Origin: a virus
Lineage: Duplodnaviria; Heunggongvirae; Uroviricota; Caudoviricetes
Length of the DNA: 37,272 bases
Direction: 5' to 3' (one strand)
IMG/VR virus record: IMGVR_UViG_2917403263_000004
Location: 1 to 37,272 of that record
The translations under genes and the position numbers were made by a program. Shown here piece after piece: positions 1-8,773 of the stretch (its first letter is position 1; each line of letters opens with the position of its first letter). The notes beneath the pieces were generated by a model that did not search any database, was not told the origin of the DNA, and was given only the letters and a program-made list of their open reading frames with translations.

Positions 1-144
1 TTACTGTCTACATTGTAAGAACGCCGCAAACTCCGCTCCCCAGAAGCTCATCCGTATCTCGCAGAGCGAACCCTGCAACATCCAGATGATGAGGATTGCC
101 GTCACGCATAGTGTGGTGATGGCGATTAGCGATTTTTGCGACAT
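1..144 (-). CDS. Hok/Gef-family type I toxin (small membrane peptide, 47 aa)
   Basis: Manual translation of minus strand 144..1: MSQKSLIAITTLCVTAILIIWMLQGSLCEIRMSFWGAEFAAFLQCRQ. N-terminal hydrophobic helix followed by SLCEIR...EFAAF, resembling the Hok/HokA/Gef signature. AAGGAG lies 8 nt upstream of the ATG. The stop codon is the first 3 nt of the window. Below the ORF-track length cutoff. Confidence 0.6.
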   Translation of the reverse strand: MSQKSLIAITTLCVTAILIIWMLQGSLCEIRMSFWGAEFAAFLQCRQ

Positions 145-247
145 AGCACTTGCTCCTTTTTCGGAGAGGCGCTAACCTACGACTTGCGAAGGTTGTATGG
201 CTAGGGCCTCGGGTTAACGTTAAAGTTGACTCGGGGCCTTTCCACAT
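8..247 (-). CDS. mok-like overlapping reading frame (modulator of hok translation)
   Basis: 79-aa ORF in the track that overlaps the hok-like ORF almost completely in another frame and starts about 100 nt upstream, as mok does in hok/sok loci. No sequence-level confirmation. Confidence 0.35.
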   Translation of the reverse strand: MWKGPESTLTLTRGPSHTTFASRRLAPLRKRSKCYVAKIANRHHHTMRDGNPHHLDVAGFALRDTDELLGSGVCGVLTM

Positions 248-408
248 CCGGCCTTCAGGTATTCCCTCCAGCCATCAGCCGAAAGGCACCCGCGCGAATT
301 CTAGCCTGGTTTTTTCCCTTGTTTCAATCCGTTGAGACTTATCAGCCTTCTGATGTAAAATTCCCGACCGCAGACATTATTCAGTCACGCATTTGATACA
401 TGCTTCCG

Positions 409-432
409 CCGGCGTTCGCGCCGGTTTTTTTT
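409..432 (+). terminator. Rho-independent terminator (possible Sok-like antisense RNA terminator or hok mRNA 5' structure)
   Basis: CCGGCG-TTCG-CGCCGG hairpin (6-bp GC stem, UUCG loop) followed by T8 on the plus strand. No plus-strand CDS lies upstream. It sits about 160 nt upstream of the mok-like start. Confidence 0.5.
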
Positions 433-909
433 CGTCCTGTTGCTGCGTAGATCGTCATGTGCGATCGAGGCGCGGTATTGATCCTTTTTTCAGTTTAATT
501 CTGGCTCTTGATTTTGTGCAGGCCGCGCCGCGTCTGGCTTCTTTGTTTGATGGTTGTTTGATGTGATCCCTTCGCGATCGTGTCCTGTCTCACGTAAAGT
601 ATGAAAACTCTTTTAATATCAGCCTGTTTTCTTTCTCCTGCCATTTATGGGATCGTAAAAACCTCTCTGAAAACTGCAAAAAATTTCAAAGCGTGAAATT
701 TCAGATCCTCGCTTTTCCCTCAGTCGCTGCGCGGGCTGGCGGTCATTTTTGCACGGCAGAAAACTGAAAAAGTGTTTCGACACGAAACCCGCGGGTTGGA
801 GGGGGTAGCGCGGTTTACGTCACCTCACGCTTTACGTCACACCGTTTACGCGGTATGTGCATACAGCGCCAGAATGGTATGCAGAACGCATTAATCAGGT
901 GGTGGATAT

Positions 910-935
910 GAAAACGCACGGTCGAAGCCGTGCGT
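910..935 (-). terminator. Putative terminator at the end of the late tail operon
   Basis: Hairpin ACGCACGG-tcgaag-CCGTGCGT followed on the minus strand by TTTTCAT, about 40 nt downstream of the last late gene (stop at 975). Confidence 0.45.
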
Positions 936-974
936 TGTGTGGTGGGGCGTTTATGTGGCTTTTATGTCGGGTTA

Positions 975-2672
975 TCAGGCGATAAGGTCGCCGTATTTTT
1001 CACGCAGACTCGTGGCCTGTTGGGCATCTGCGGCAAGTTCGCCGCTGTTCATCGGTGCGCCAGTGTTGCTGTGGGTGTGGTTTGCTGTATGTGTGGCCAG
1101 CAATTGAATCAGGTCCAGAATATCAGTCAGCAACGTCAGCAGGTTAAGCCCGGACTTTTCCCGCGAGCCGCTGCGACCAATAAACACTGTCGGGGCGGTA
1201 AACTCCAGACCGCCGTCCGCCCTGCATGTTCTGCGGCCTCCCACGTTTTCAGTCAGGTCGTGCTCAATCGTTGACGTTGCGCCTTTAAGTTTAGTCAGCA
1301 AATCCTGCGCCACCATCTGGATGTGTTCGCCGGCTGCGATCGCGTAATTGCCGGTAGTAAGGTGTTCTGTCTGGCCTGTCATCAGCTTGCTGGTACCAAG
1401 AACACTGGTTATGTCGTTTGCCTGGACTGTTGTTGTTCTGGTTGTTGTTGTGCGTTCTTCCTGGTCGCTGTTAATGGTTCGCCTGGCAGAATGCTCCCTG
1501 ATTTGCTGGTCGGTTTCCCTGTGCCAGCTTCCGTCAGTCGTGACACGCTGAAACACTTCTGCGCGCTGTTGCTGCAACTGTTCGCCGGGCTTTACATCAG
1601 GCAGGTTATGTCCGGCAGGTAAGATTTGCCTGATGACAGGTTTATCCGGGCGGCCTTCAATACTGGATATTTCCACGATGGTGCCTGCCGGTGGGTAGGC
1701 AAAACATCCCGCCTCGCTACCAGCCATCGGGACAGGGAGCGGTACTGCCGGGTAAACAGGCGTATCGCTTTTGTCGTTGCCGTTCTCATCAAGCAGCTGC
1801 ACGTCCACGGCGTAGCGTGGGCGGAAACTGTCGGCTACATCGCCCAGGGTGGCGGATTCCGTTGGTGCGACGACCCGCGCCAGTCTGGTGTGTAGTGTAC
1901 CGCTGGCCAGTTCCGGAAACTGCGTTTCCATCTGTCTGCGCAATGGTGATTTGGAAACAGGGCTACCCGTGGCGGTGAGGCGCTCCCATGTCAGTGTCAT
2001 TTTCTCGTTGTTGAGGGCTACACGGGTAATACGCCCGGCCGGAAGATTCACACCCGGCCGCACGGTTTCCATGAACATGATGTCGATGCTGTTTCCGCCG
2101 CTTTGCCCGAGTGTGTACTGTTGCGGAATATCGGGCATGGTAATGCTGGCAAACCGTGAATCAGCTGCGTTTCCCACAAATACAGAACCGTCCGGCATGG
2201 GGTGCCAGACGTAATCGCTGATACTGAATGAGCGCCCCAGCTGGCTGAGTAACTGCGTCCCGCTGCCGCTGTGGGTGATGTAGGGAGTTGGTGTGCTGAC
2301 ATAATCCGCATCTGGCGTGATAAAAACGATACCGCTTTGTCGCCCCAGATTATCGAGCACATCCCGCAACGTCGGGTGTTGCATGGAGCAGGGGAAATCA
2401 AAATCCAGCACAGCAGCTGCTTCACGGATAAAAAGGCGACGTGAGCCATTTTCGGCCGGTTGATCGCGTTCTATGTAGCCAGAGAAATAGCGCCAGGCCT
2501 CACCATTACGGCCGAGATCGATTTGCACCATTGCGCCGGCAAGGCTTTTTTCTGGTGACAGATTGTTAACAGAAACGAAGCCGCGACCGGCAGCATTCAG
2601 GGTGAGAGCAAGGCTGATATCGGCAATTTCCACCTGTTCGCCATTGATCATGCAGCGTTGTATCAATTTCAT
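975..2672 (-). CDS. Putative baseplate hub protein (gpD / Mu gp44-like N-terminus with long C-terminal extension)
   Basis: 565 aa, last gene of the tail operon. ATGA start/stop overlap with the upstream gene. The N-terminal pattern (VQIDLGRNGEAWRYFSGYIERDQ ... QHPTLRDVLDNLGRQSGIVF) resembles the gpD/late-control-D family, recalled from memory. Weak assignment. Confidence 0.45.
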   Translation of the reverse strand: MKLIQRCMINGEQVEIADISLALTLNAAGRGFVSVNNLSPEKSLAGAMVQIDLGRNGEAWRYFSGYIERDQPAENGSRRLFIREAAAVLDFDFPCSMQHPTLRDVLDNLGRQSGIVFITPDADYVSTPTPYITHSGSGTQLLSQLGRSFSISDYVWHPMPDGSVFVGNAADSRFASITMPDIPQQYTLGQSGGNSIDIMFMETVRPGVNLPAGRITRVALNNEKMTLTWERLTATGSPVSKSPLRRQMETQFPELASGTLHTRLARVVAPTESATLGDVADSFRPRYAVDVQLLDENGNDKSDTPVYPAVPLPVPMAGSEAGCFAYPPAGTIVEISSIEGRPDKPVIRQILPAGHNLPDVKPGEQLQQQRAEVFQRVTTDGSWHRETDQQIREHSARRTINSDQEERTTTTRTTTVQANDITSVLGTSKLMTGQTEHLTTGNYAIAAGEHIQMVAQDLLTKLKGATSTIEHDLTENVGGRRTCRADGGLEFTAPTVFIGRSGSREKSGLNLLTLLTDILDLIQLLATHTANHTHSNTGAPMNSGELAADAQQATSLREKYGDLIA

Positions 2673-3244
2673 GTTTTCCCTTCCTCTTTCGCGCTTCCGA
2701 TGCCAACAGCATCCAGACCAGAGCCAACGGCATCATTGATTTTTTTCCAGAATGAACTTTGCGTATTCATGCCTTTGTCTGGCACCTGTTCGCTGCCGTT
2801 CTGTGTTTGCTGTTTTGCAATTGTTTTCTGTGAGCCGCTACGTGCAGATGCTTTCTCTGGTACGCTTAATTTTTCTCTGAGGGTAAAGGTGACCTGCCAG
2901 TGCATCTTGCCCTGTTGTTCCGTGGCATCGATGCCGCCGGAAAAAACACCCTGTCGCATATTAATCGCCTTAGCGGTAGCGTTGGCGATGCGGTATGTTT
3001 TTTTGGCCCCGTTACCTTCAGTTGCTTCGGCAAGCTGAAAAATACGGGTCAGAATGGCCTCATCGTTAAAATCAATGACACCTGACACGCGCAGTTCTTT
3101 TGCCTTGTTTCCCTGCTGAGCGCTTGTGGTGCTGGTTGACTGCCCGGACATGTCTTTATCCGGTAGTTGCATGGTGGCACTGACGGTGATGTTGCGCAGC
3201 AGAATGGCCTCTCCGTCAAGCGCAAGAACAATTATCTGGGTCAT
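2669..3244 (-). CDS. Tail-operon protein of unknown function (possibly gpU-like)
   Basis: 191 aa. Translationally coupled: ATGA overlap with the downstream gene and a 29-nt overlap with the upstream gene. Position between the fibre cassettes and the hub-like gene. No confident motif. Confidence 0.4.
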   Translation of the reverse strand: MTQIIVLALDGEAILLRNITVSATMQLPDKDMSGQSTSTTSAQQGNKAKELRVSGVIDFNDEAILTRIFQLAEATEGNGAKKTYRIANATAKAINMRQGVFSGGIDATEQQGKMHWQVTFTLREKLSVPEKASARSGSQKTIAKQQTQNGSEQVPDKGMNTQSSFWKKINDAVGSGLDAVGIGSAKEEGKT

Positions 3245-3929
3245 GTAGTGCTTCCCTTAGTGATGAGAGTTCATCGCCGACAAACAGCATCACGGCGGTA
3301 AAAACCCACTCCGGGTGTGGAATGTTTTTTTGTATCAGTGCCGCAGTCTGATTAAGTGTTCCCTTGTTGCAAAAACGCCACACCGGACAGAATTGTTGTC
3401 TGAGTGCTGTCTCTCGCCCGGCAATTTCCTGCAAAATTTTATCTCTCGCTTCCCTGAACTGATGAAGTGACGATGACAATGTTTCCGGTGATGTGGCTGC
3501 TGGGGTGGCTGCCTGCGCAATGGTTGCCGCCAGTGTCATGCCACGGGTTGTCTGTGTTGACAGCGTTATCGGCTCCGGAAGTGATGTTGCCGGCCTGGCG
3601 GGGAGTTGCATTCTGCTGATGGCCAGCGAAAGCTGGCTGGAGATCATGCGGGACATTCGCCCCACCTCCGGCAACGGAAATGCACCTGAAAATTGCCTGG
3701 CGAGTGATAAAAATTCGTCAGCGGACGGGGCGCAGAGTAACAGCGCCACAACGTCCTTTTCTGTGCTTTCTGTCAGGTACGGTAAAAGTGCGGATACCGC
3801 ATTGTCCGGACTGAGATAACGCCCGGATGGTGTAATGTTTCCCGTATTTTCTGACCACGGATGAAGGCAGACCACTGAACAGCTGATGTTCATGGCTGCC
3901 GGGCGCAGAATGGCCTTTTCCCATTTCAT
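3216..3929 (-). CDS. Hypothetical tail-operon protein
   Basis: 237 aa. ATG at 3929 overlaps the stop of the upstream tail-fibre assembly gene (ATGA). Low-complexity Ala/Thr/Pro/Ser-rich middle region. No recognisable family. Confidence 0.4.
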   Translation of the reverse strand: MKWEKAILRPAAMNISCSVVCLHPWSENTGNITPSGRYLSPDNAVSALLPYLTESTEKDVVALLLCAPSADEFLSLARQFSGAFPLPEVGRMSRMISSQLSLAISRMQLPARPATSLPEPITLSTQTTRGMTLAATIAQAATPAATSPETLSSSLHQFREARDKILQEIAGRETALRQQFCPVWRFCNKGTLNQTAALIQKNIPHPEWVFTAVMLFVGDELSSLREALHDPDNCSCA

Positions 3930-4498
3930 TCTGCCTTGCCCACCTGAAATGCGCGAATTTCTGCGAGATTATTCAGTTTAGTCAGTGTGTTTTTCATCTC
4001 CCGCTGGCGCAGATAAATCTCATTGTTGCGGGTAACCTGTGCCTGAACCATTGCCGTCAGCAGTTCGTCCAGTTGCTGCACGGAGAGTTTCACCTGGCGG
4101 TTGTTCGCGTCGTTCCATGTCATAACGCTTCGTGCCGTGTCAGATTTTGCCAGCATCACCACCGGAGACAATCTGTCCACTGAAACAGGGCCGGCATCCC
4201 AGATTCGCTTTTTCCATTCGAATGTGAACGACCGCGCTTCCTGTTCTGTGCGCCATGCTTCAATTTCCCGACGCTTGGCTGTTTTTGCTGCTTCCAGTAT
4301 TTCCGGTGTCACAGTGAACGGAGCTATCTCCCCCCATTTACCGCTTTGCAGTTCCTGCCAGATTTTCTGGCCTGTTGGCGCCGTATCATCTGCCGTCGCT
4401 GTATACGGCAGTGCTTCGCCCATTCCCTCGAGCAGTACGTCACAGTCAATTGCACCACTTTCGATATAACGGGCGTTTTCGATTTTTTTTATTTTCAT
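3926..4498 (-). CDS. Tail fibre assembly / chaperone protein (cassette 2)
   Basis: 190 aa immediately downstream of tail fibre 2. Size and position are typical of Tfa/gpG-type fibre chaperones. AGGTGAT RBS. Confidence 0.55.
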   Translation of the reverse strand: MKIKKIENARYIESGAIDCDVLLEGMGEALPYTATADDTAPTGQKIWQELQSGKWGEIAPFTVTPEILEAAKTAKRREIEAWRTEQEARSFTFEWKKRIWDAGPVSVDRLSPVVMLAKSDTARSVMTWNDANNRQVKLSVQQLDELLTAMVQAQVTRNNEIYLRQREMKNTLTKLNNLAEIRAFQVGKAE

Positions 4499-4548
4499 AA
4501 ATCACCTATGCTGTACGTATAAACAAACCAATCATGACACCGAACGTA

Positions 4549-6555
4549 TCAGCCGATCCCATCATGTCGCCAGACAATGCCCGGTACCGTTCCCGGCAAA
4601 CCTGCTCCTGAATCACGAAAATAAGCAGATACGTTGCCGTCGTATACGCCGGCCACGTTACTGGTGAAATGGCCCTTAAATTCAACCGCGCTAAGACGCG
4701 AGCCAGGGTAATAATAACCCCGCATTATCCGGCGATTCTGGTCTGAAGAGTCACTTCCTCTGTATGCGGCCAGCACCAGACTGCCTGTGCCGTACCAGGC
4801 GTCTGTGGCTCCCGGAGCAATGCCTGACAGAAGATCGATAACGTTCTGAGTGGTAAATTTCAGTGATTCCCAGCCGATGAGATAGCCATTTCCACTTGTC
4901 CAGTAGCGGTTGTGATAAATATTGCCGTTAATGCCATAGAAAGTAATGACCTTTACTGTATGACGCGGGTTCGGCACTCCATACTCTGACTCAACCCAGC
5001 GAATACGAACCATTCCTTTGAACAGCACGTCCGGTATAATTTTATTGCTGCCGTCAACAAGATATTCTCCCGGTTCTGCCTTCCTTACCCACGCAAGAAA
5101 ATCATTTTCTGAGTTAAACCTGATGACCTCGTCAGGGAGAAAGATATGACCAAAGCCGAACGCGCCAGGTATAGCCAGGCGGTCTGCCGTGCGGTCATGA
5201 ATGTCACCCTGCGGCTCCAGTGTGGCAGCTTTTCCAAGCTCAAGGATCGTGTGCATGTCTGCCAGTGTTTCCTGCATCAGCAGAGTGCGCGCCATTTCTG
5301 ACAGTGTGGAAAGCGAAGCATTCCCTTCCGTATCAAAGCACAATAATTTGTCTGCCCGCGCTTTCAAATTGCTGATGGCGGTTAACACGTCACTGAGAGG
5401 TTGCTTGCCTGCCAGCGCGTTGGTGACTGTTGTTGCAAAGTTCGGGTCATTGCCCAGCGCCGCCGCCAGTTCGTTCAGCGTGTCCAGGGCTTCGGGAGAT
5501 GAATCCACCAGTGCAGCGAGCAGTTTGCGGACAAACGCCGCATTTGCGATTTCTGTCCCCGTGGCATCATCAGGCGGTGTCGGGGTTTTCGGAGCGCCGG
5601 TAAAGACCGGACTGTACAGGGTGGCTCTGGCGTTGATTAACGTTAAGAAGTACGCCTCATTTGTCTTCAGGTTATCCCAGCCAGTCAGATAACCACCGCT
5701 GAGAGGCCAGTAACGGTTGTAATAAACATCTCCGTTAACGGTGTATAAAATAATGGCTTTTGCCATATGTTGCGGTTCTGGTGGATTGCGGTTCGCCTCC
5801 AGAAACCGGATATTAATTACACCACAGTAGCCACCGGGTAACACACCATTGGCCCCCTGTACAGAATACTCTCCGGGCGTTGCCTGCTTGACCCATGCTA
5901 GGAGGTCTTTTTCTGTATCAAACCGGATAAGCTCGCCTGGCAGAAACATGTGACCAAAACCAAATGCGCCCGGTATCGCCAGCCGGCCTTCCGTGCGGTC
6001 GTAAATATCACTCTGCGGCTCCATTGTGGCGGCATTTTTCAGTCCCAGATTATCACGGGATTCCTGTTGCGCCTCTTCACCTTCTGCCGCAATTTCTGAC
6101 AGGTGGTTAGCCGTTTTCAGCATTGTTTTCAGTTCCGGATAAATATCCATCTGCCAGCTCTGTGGGGGAACCGTGATTTGTGCAGCCTGAGCCATACCAC
6201 TGTAAGTGATTGCAAAATTACGAAGAAGAGTTTCCCCCACATGTTTGTGGTGAACAGGAGTTTTTATTACACCGCATAGCGTGCCACTTGCCTGGTGAAC
6301 AAGACAAATCCAGTCATAACTGAATTCGGCGTCTTCAGTGACTGCACCGCTACATACAATGCTGTTTGGGGTCAGTTGTCCGTAGGTGAGTTTGTTTACG
6401 GTATAAGTAATTTTTTCCGGTGGAATAATATTATCTTCCGGGCTGGGGTCGCGATTCATTAGTGCAAATACGATGGCATCCGGCCGGGCAGGTAAATTGC
6501 CGGCAATGCATTTTGCAATCCATTTTTCAAATGCTTTCGTTAATAATGCGCTCAT
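4549..6555 (-). CDS. Tail fibre protein 2 (receptor-binding fibre with internal tandem domain repeat)
   Basis: 668 aa. N-terminal about 150 aa homologous to the N-terminus of fibre 1 (PARPD..VFA, EF.Y.WI.L, G.LC motifs). Contains the classic fibre motif DTLNELAAALGNDPNFATTVTNALAGKQP. Two diverged copies of a domain of about 130 aa (aa 165-297 and 433-566). Confidence 0.7.
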   Translation of the reverse strand: MSALLTKAFEKWIAKCIAGNLPARPDAIVFALMNRDPSPEDNIIPPEKITYTVNKLTYGQLTPNSIVCSGAVTEDAEFSYDWICLVHQASGTLCGVIKTPVHHKHVGETLLRNFAITYSGMAQAAQITVPPQSWQMDIYPELKTMLKTANHLSEIAAEGEEAQQESRDNLGLKNAATMEPQSDIYDRTEGRLAIPGAFGFGHMFLPGELIRFDTEKDLLAWVKQATPGEYSVQGANGVLPGGYCGVINIRFLEANRNPPEPQHMAKAIILYTVNGDVYYNRYWPLSGGYLTGWDNLKTNEAYFLTLINARATLYSPVFTGAPKTPTPPDDATGTEIANAAFVRKLLAALVDSSPEALDTLNELAAALGNDPNFATTVTNALAGKQPLSDVLTAISNLKARADKLLCFDTEGNASLSTLSEMARTLLMQETLADMHTILELGKAATLEPQGDIHDRTADRLAIPGAFGFGHIFLPDEVIRFNSENDFLAWVRKAEPGEYLVDGSNKIIPDVLFKGMVRIRWVESEYGVPNPRHTVKVITFYGINGNIYHNRYWTSGNGYLIGWESLKFTTQNVIDLLSGIAPGATDAWYGTGSLVLAAYRGSDSSDQNRRIMRGYYYPGSRLSAVEFKGHFTSNVAGVYDGNVSAYFRDSGAGLPGTVPGIVWRHDGIG

Positions 6556-7112
6556 TATTCTTTATTCTCATTAATAGTTTGCGACAGCTCCGGCCACGCG
6601 ATCGCGGCATACGCTGTTTTATCCGTAATCAGGCTAAAATCCATCACCTGCAATTCCTTTGCGTAAATACGATATGCTCTCAGCTTTTCTTTATCTTCGT
6701 CGCTGATTAACCCCAGCAACAGGTCTTTTTCCCAGTCAGCAGTTAACCGGCTTACATCCTTGAGCTTCCTCACTCGCTCATCTTCTGCCTTTTTACCGTA
6801 ATCAAATATGAATTTACCATCCCGGTAAAACCAGTAACCCGATATATCAATTCGTCGGTTAGCTGTGTTATCTGTCACTTCAATCACGCTCCTGTTTCTG
6901 GGGTTAATTGACGCAACATCTTTGCCAACCCAGGTAACTTTTCCTGTATCCAGATATTCGACTTTTAATGTGTCAGGTGAAAAATCTTTCTGAATCTCAT
7001 ACCAGTTTTCACCAGATTCTGCATACAACCACTCGACGCCATATCTTTTAGTTAACTCATATTGTTCGGCTGTTTTCGGATTGCCCGACGTAATATTTTT
7101 TAAGTGCAACAT
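6555..7112 (-). CDS. Tail fibre assembly protein (cassette 1)
   Basis: 185 aa directly after fibre 1. C-terminal region (LRAYRIYAKELQVMDFS...AWPEL) resembles the conserved Tfa C-terminus. Its stop overlaps the fibre 2 start (TAATG). Confidence 0.6.
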   Translation of the reverse strand: MLHLKNITSGNPKTAEQYELTKRYGVEWLYAESGENWYEIQKDFSPDTLKVEYLDTGKVTWVGKDVASINPRNRSVIEVTDNTANRRIDISGYWFYRDGKFIFDYGKKAEDERVRKLKDVSRLTADWEKDLLLGLISDEDKEKLRAYRIYAKELQVMDFSLITDKTAYAAIAWPELSQTINENKE

Positions 7113-7114
7113 AA

Positions 7115-8773
7115 TTACATACTCGCTACGTTATACCAGGTTCCATTAATCAGTTTCTGAAGGGGGCGGATAAACCACCCGTCGGCAGAGTTATCCCAGT
7201 CTCCGTAGCAGTAGCCACCCACACTGACATAACCCGGGGGAGCCAGGTTTGAGCCTGTACTGCCCATCTGTTGATAACCGCCAAGACGCATATCCTGTAC
7301 TCCCATTTTATTTTGCAGGTAAGATGACAGCCATCCTCCCCATGTGCTGCCGTACACGTTACCGTCAGCCGCAAGCCTTGCAGAGCCGTTGCCTGACTGT
7401 AATTCACCTGTTGCGACACTATTTCCATGCACCAGTGAACCGCCACCGGTGGTCACTTTGTGTGACATGGCAATATCACCAGTCCGCAGGTTAATTGAGA
7501 AAGGACGCAGAGGGCCAATATTGCCATTTTCACCCTGTCCTTCCGTGGTGGGGATAAGATGAAGGCTGTCTTCTGAGCGACGAAAAATCAGACCAAAGGC
7601 GCCATCGAAAATCCTCAGCGCATTAACGTCACGAATTTTCAGTTCCCCGGTCATGGTATCGCCACCTCGCTGAACGGCGCCTTCTGCCTTATCAACGGTG
7701 GGCTTTAGTCCGACGTTTTCAATAAACAGTGGTTTGTCGGGGATGTCGCTGCCGTTGCGATTTTTCGCAAGGCGGGCATTTGCGTTATCCATTGCGATTT
7801 TTACCGCTTTTGACGTGGCGGCACGGTCTTCTGCATCACTGTCAGTGGCGTTACTGTACTGAGCGAATCCTTTTTCGTTCAGTGTGGCATCCGGGTGCCT
7901 GCGGGATTTTTCGTGTTCTGCCAGTGCATTGCTTTGTTCTTCGTCGGGTGTCTCCGGACGTAAATCCTGTGAGCCGTCTGCTGTCAGTTTTGCAAGCGGT
8001 GCAACAAAATGCCGAAAGCCATTCCCGTCTGTGTAGGATGCATGTTCCGGGCGGGCGCTGAATGTGAAAACCGTATTCCATTCGCCAGTAACAAATCCCT
8101 GCCAGCTTGCATCAATCCAGATGGTGTCCCCGACCGTTGCGCGCAGGCTGTAAGGTTCGCGCAGACTGACGCGCAAACCTCCCACATAACCAATCCCCGC
8201 GGCAACAATGGCGGTGCCGTTCTGATAGCTCACCTGAAAACCGTCCTCCAGAAAAGCGGCTTCACCGTAGTGATCAAACGCCAGCAGTCTGCGGGCTTCA
8301 TCCATTCCCGCCAGGCGGGCAGTGAAATCAATCTGCCAGACATCAGCACTGACATCGATATGCATCGCTGCTGCCGCACCGTCAAACTCCATGGAAAACG
8401 TGCGGATCAGATTGTTTCCCTGTACACCGTTCGCGGTTTTAATTTTTTGCTGGCAGGGGGTGTGCGCAATCATACAGAGCACGCCGCTTTCTTCGTTCAG
8501 CAGGCCAATCCAGTTGTATTCGAAGTCGCCGATTGTGGTATCCAGAATGATGGAAAATGCGGTTGCATTCGGTGACAGGAGACCGTACTGGGTGACCGGT
8601 GCGCGATACTGGATCAGGGTTTCATCAGGGAGCGTTTCGTCGCGGGGGATCTCTGCAGACTCATCCAGTCCCGGAATATATGCAAAAACAAATGTATCCG
8701 GGCGCGCAGGTTTCCCGCTGATGATCTGATTTGCGCACCAGTGTTCGTATTGTTCAGTAATAATCGTACTCAT
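7115..8773 (-). CDS. Tail fibre protein 1
   Basis: 552 aa. Contains AEHEKSRRHPDATLNEKGFAQYSNATDSDAEDRAATSKAVK, matching the conserved P2 gpH / T4 gp37-type fibre motif (AEHEQSRRHPDASLTAKGF...). ATGA overlap with the upstream baseplate gene. Confidence 0.75.
   Translation of the reverse strand: MSTIITEQYEHWCANQIISGKPARPDTFVFAYIPGLDESAEIPRDETLPDETLIQYRAPVTQYGLLSPNATAFSIILDTTIGDFEYNWIGLLNEESGVLCMIAHTPCQQKIKTANGVQGNNLIRTFSMEFDGAAAAMHIDVSADVWQIDFTARLAGMDEARRLLAFDHYGEAAFLEDGFQVSYQNGTAIVAAGIGYVGGLRVSLREPYSLRATVGDTIWIDASWQGFVTGEWNTVFTFSARPEHASYTDGNGFRHFVAPLAKLTADGSQDLRPETPDEEQSNALAEHEKSRRHPDATLNEKGFAQYSNATDSDAEDRAATSKAVKIAMDNANARLAKNRNGSDIPDKPLFIENVGLKPTVDKAEGAVQRGGDTMTGELKIRDVNALRIFDGAFGLIFRRSEDSLHLIPTTEGQGENGNIGPLRPFSINLRTGDIAMSHKVTTGGGSLVHGNSVATGELQSGNGSARLAADGNVYGSTWGGWLSSYLQNKMGVQDMRLGGYQQMGSTGSNLAPPGYVSVGGYCYGDWDNSADGWFIRPLQKLINGTWYNVASM

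Noticed and set aside
150-335. 61-aa plus-strand ORF opposite the mok-like leader
   Set aside because: Starts with a non-ATG codon. The region is better explained as the hok/mok leader and possible antisense RNA.
601-696. 31-aa plus-strand ORF (MKTLLISACFLSPAIYGIVKTSLKTAKNFKA)
   Set aside because: No recognisable Shine-Dalgarno sequence. Lies in a likely regulatory or att-arm region. Probably not coding.
8009-8575. 188-aa plus-strand ORF inside tail fibre 1
   Set aside because: Antisense to the fibre gene, which carries a conserved fibre motif.
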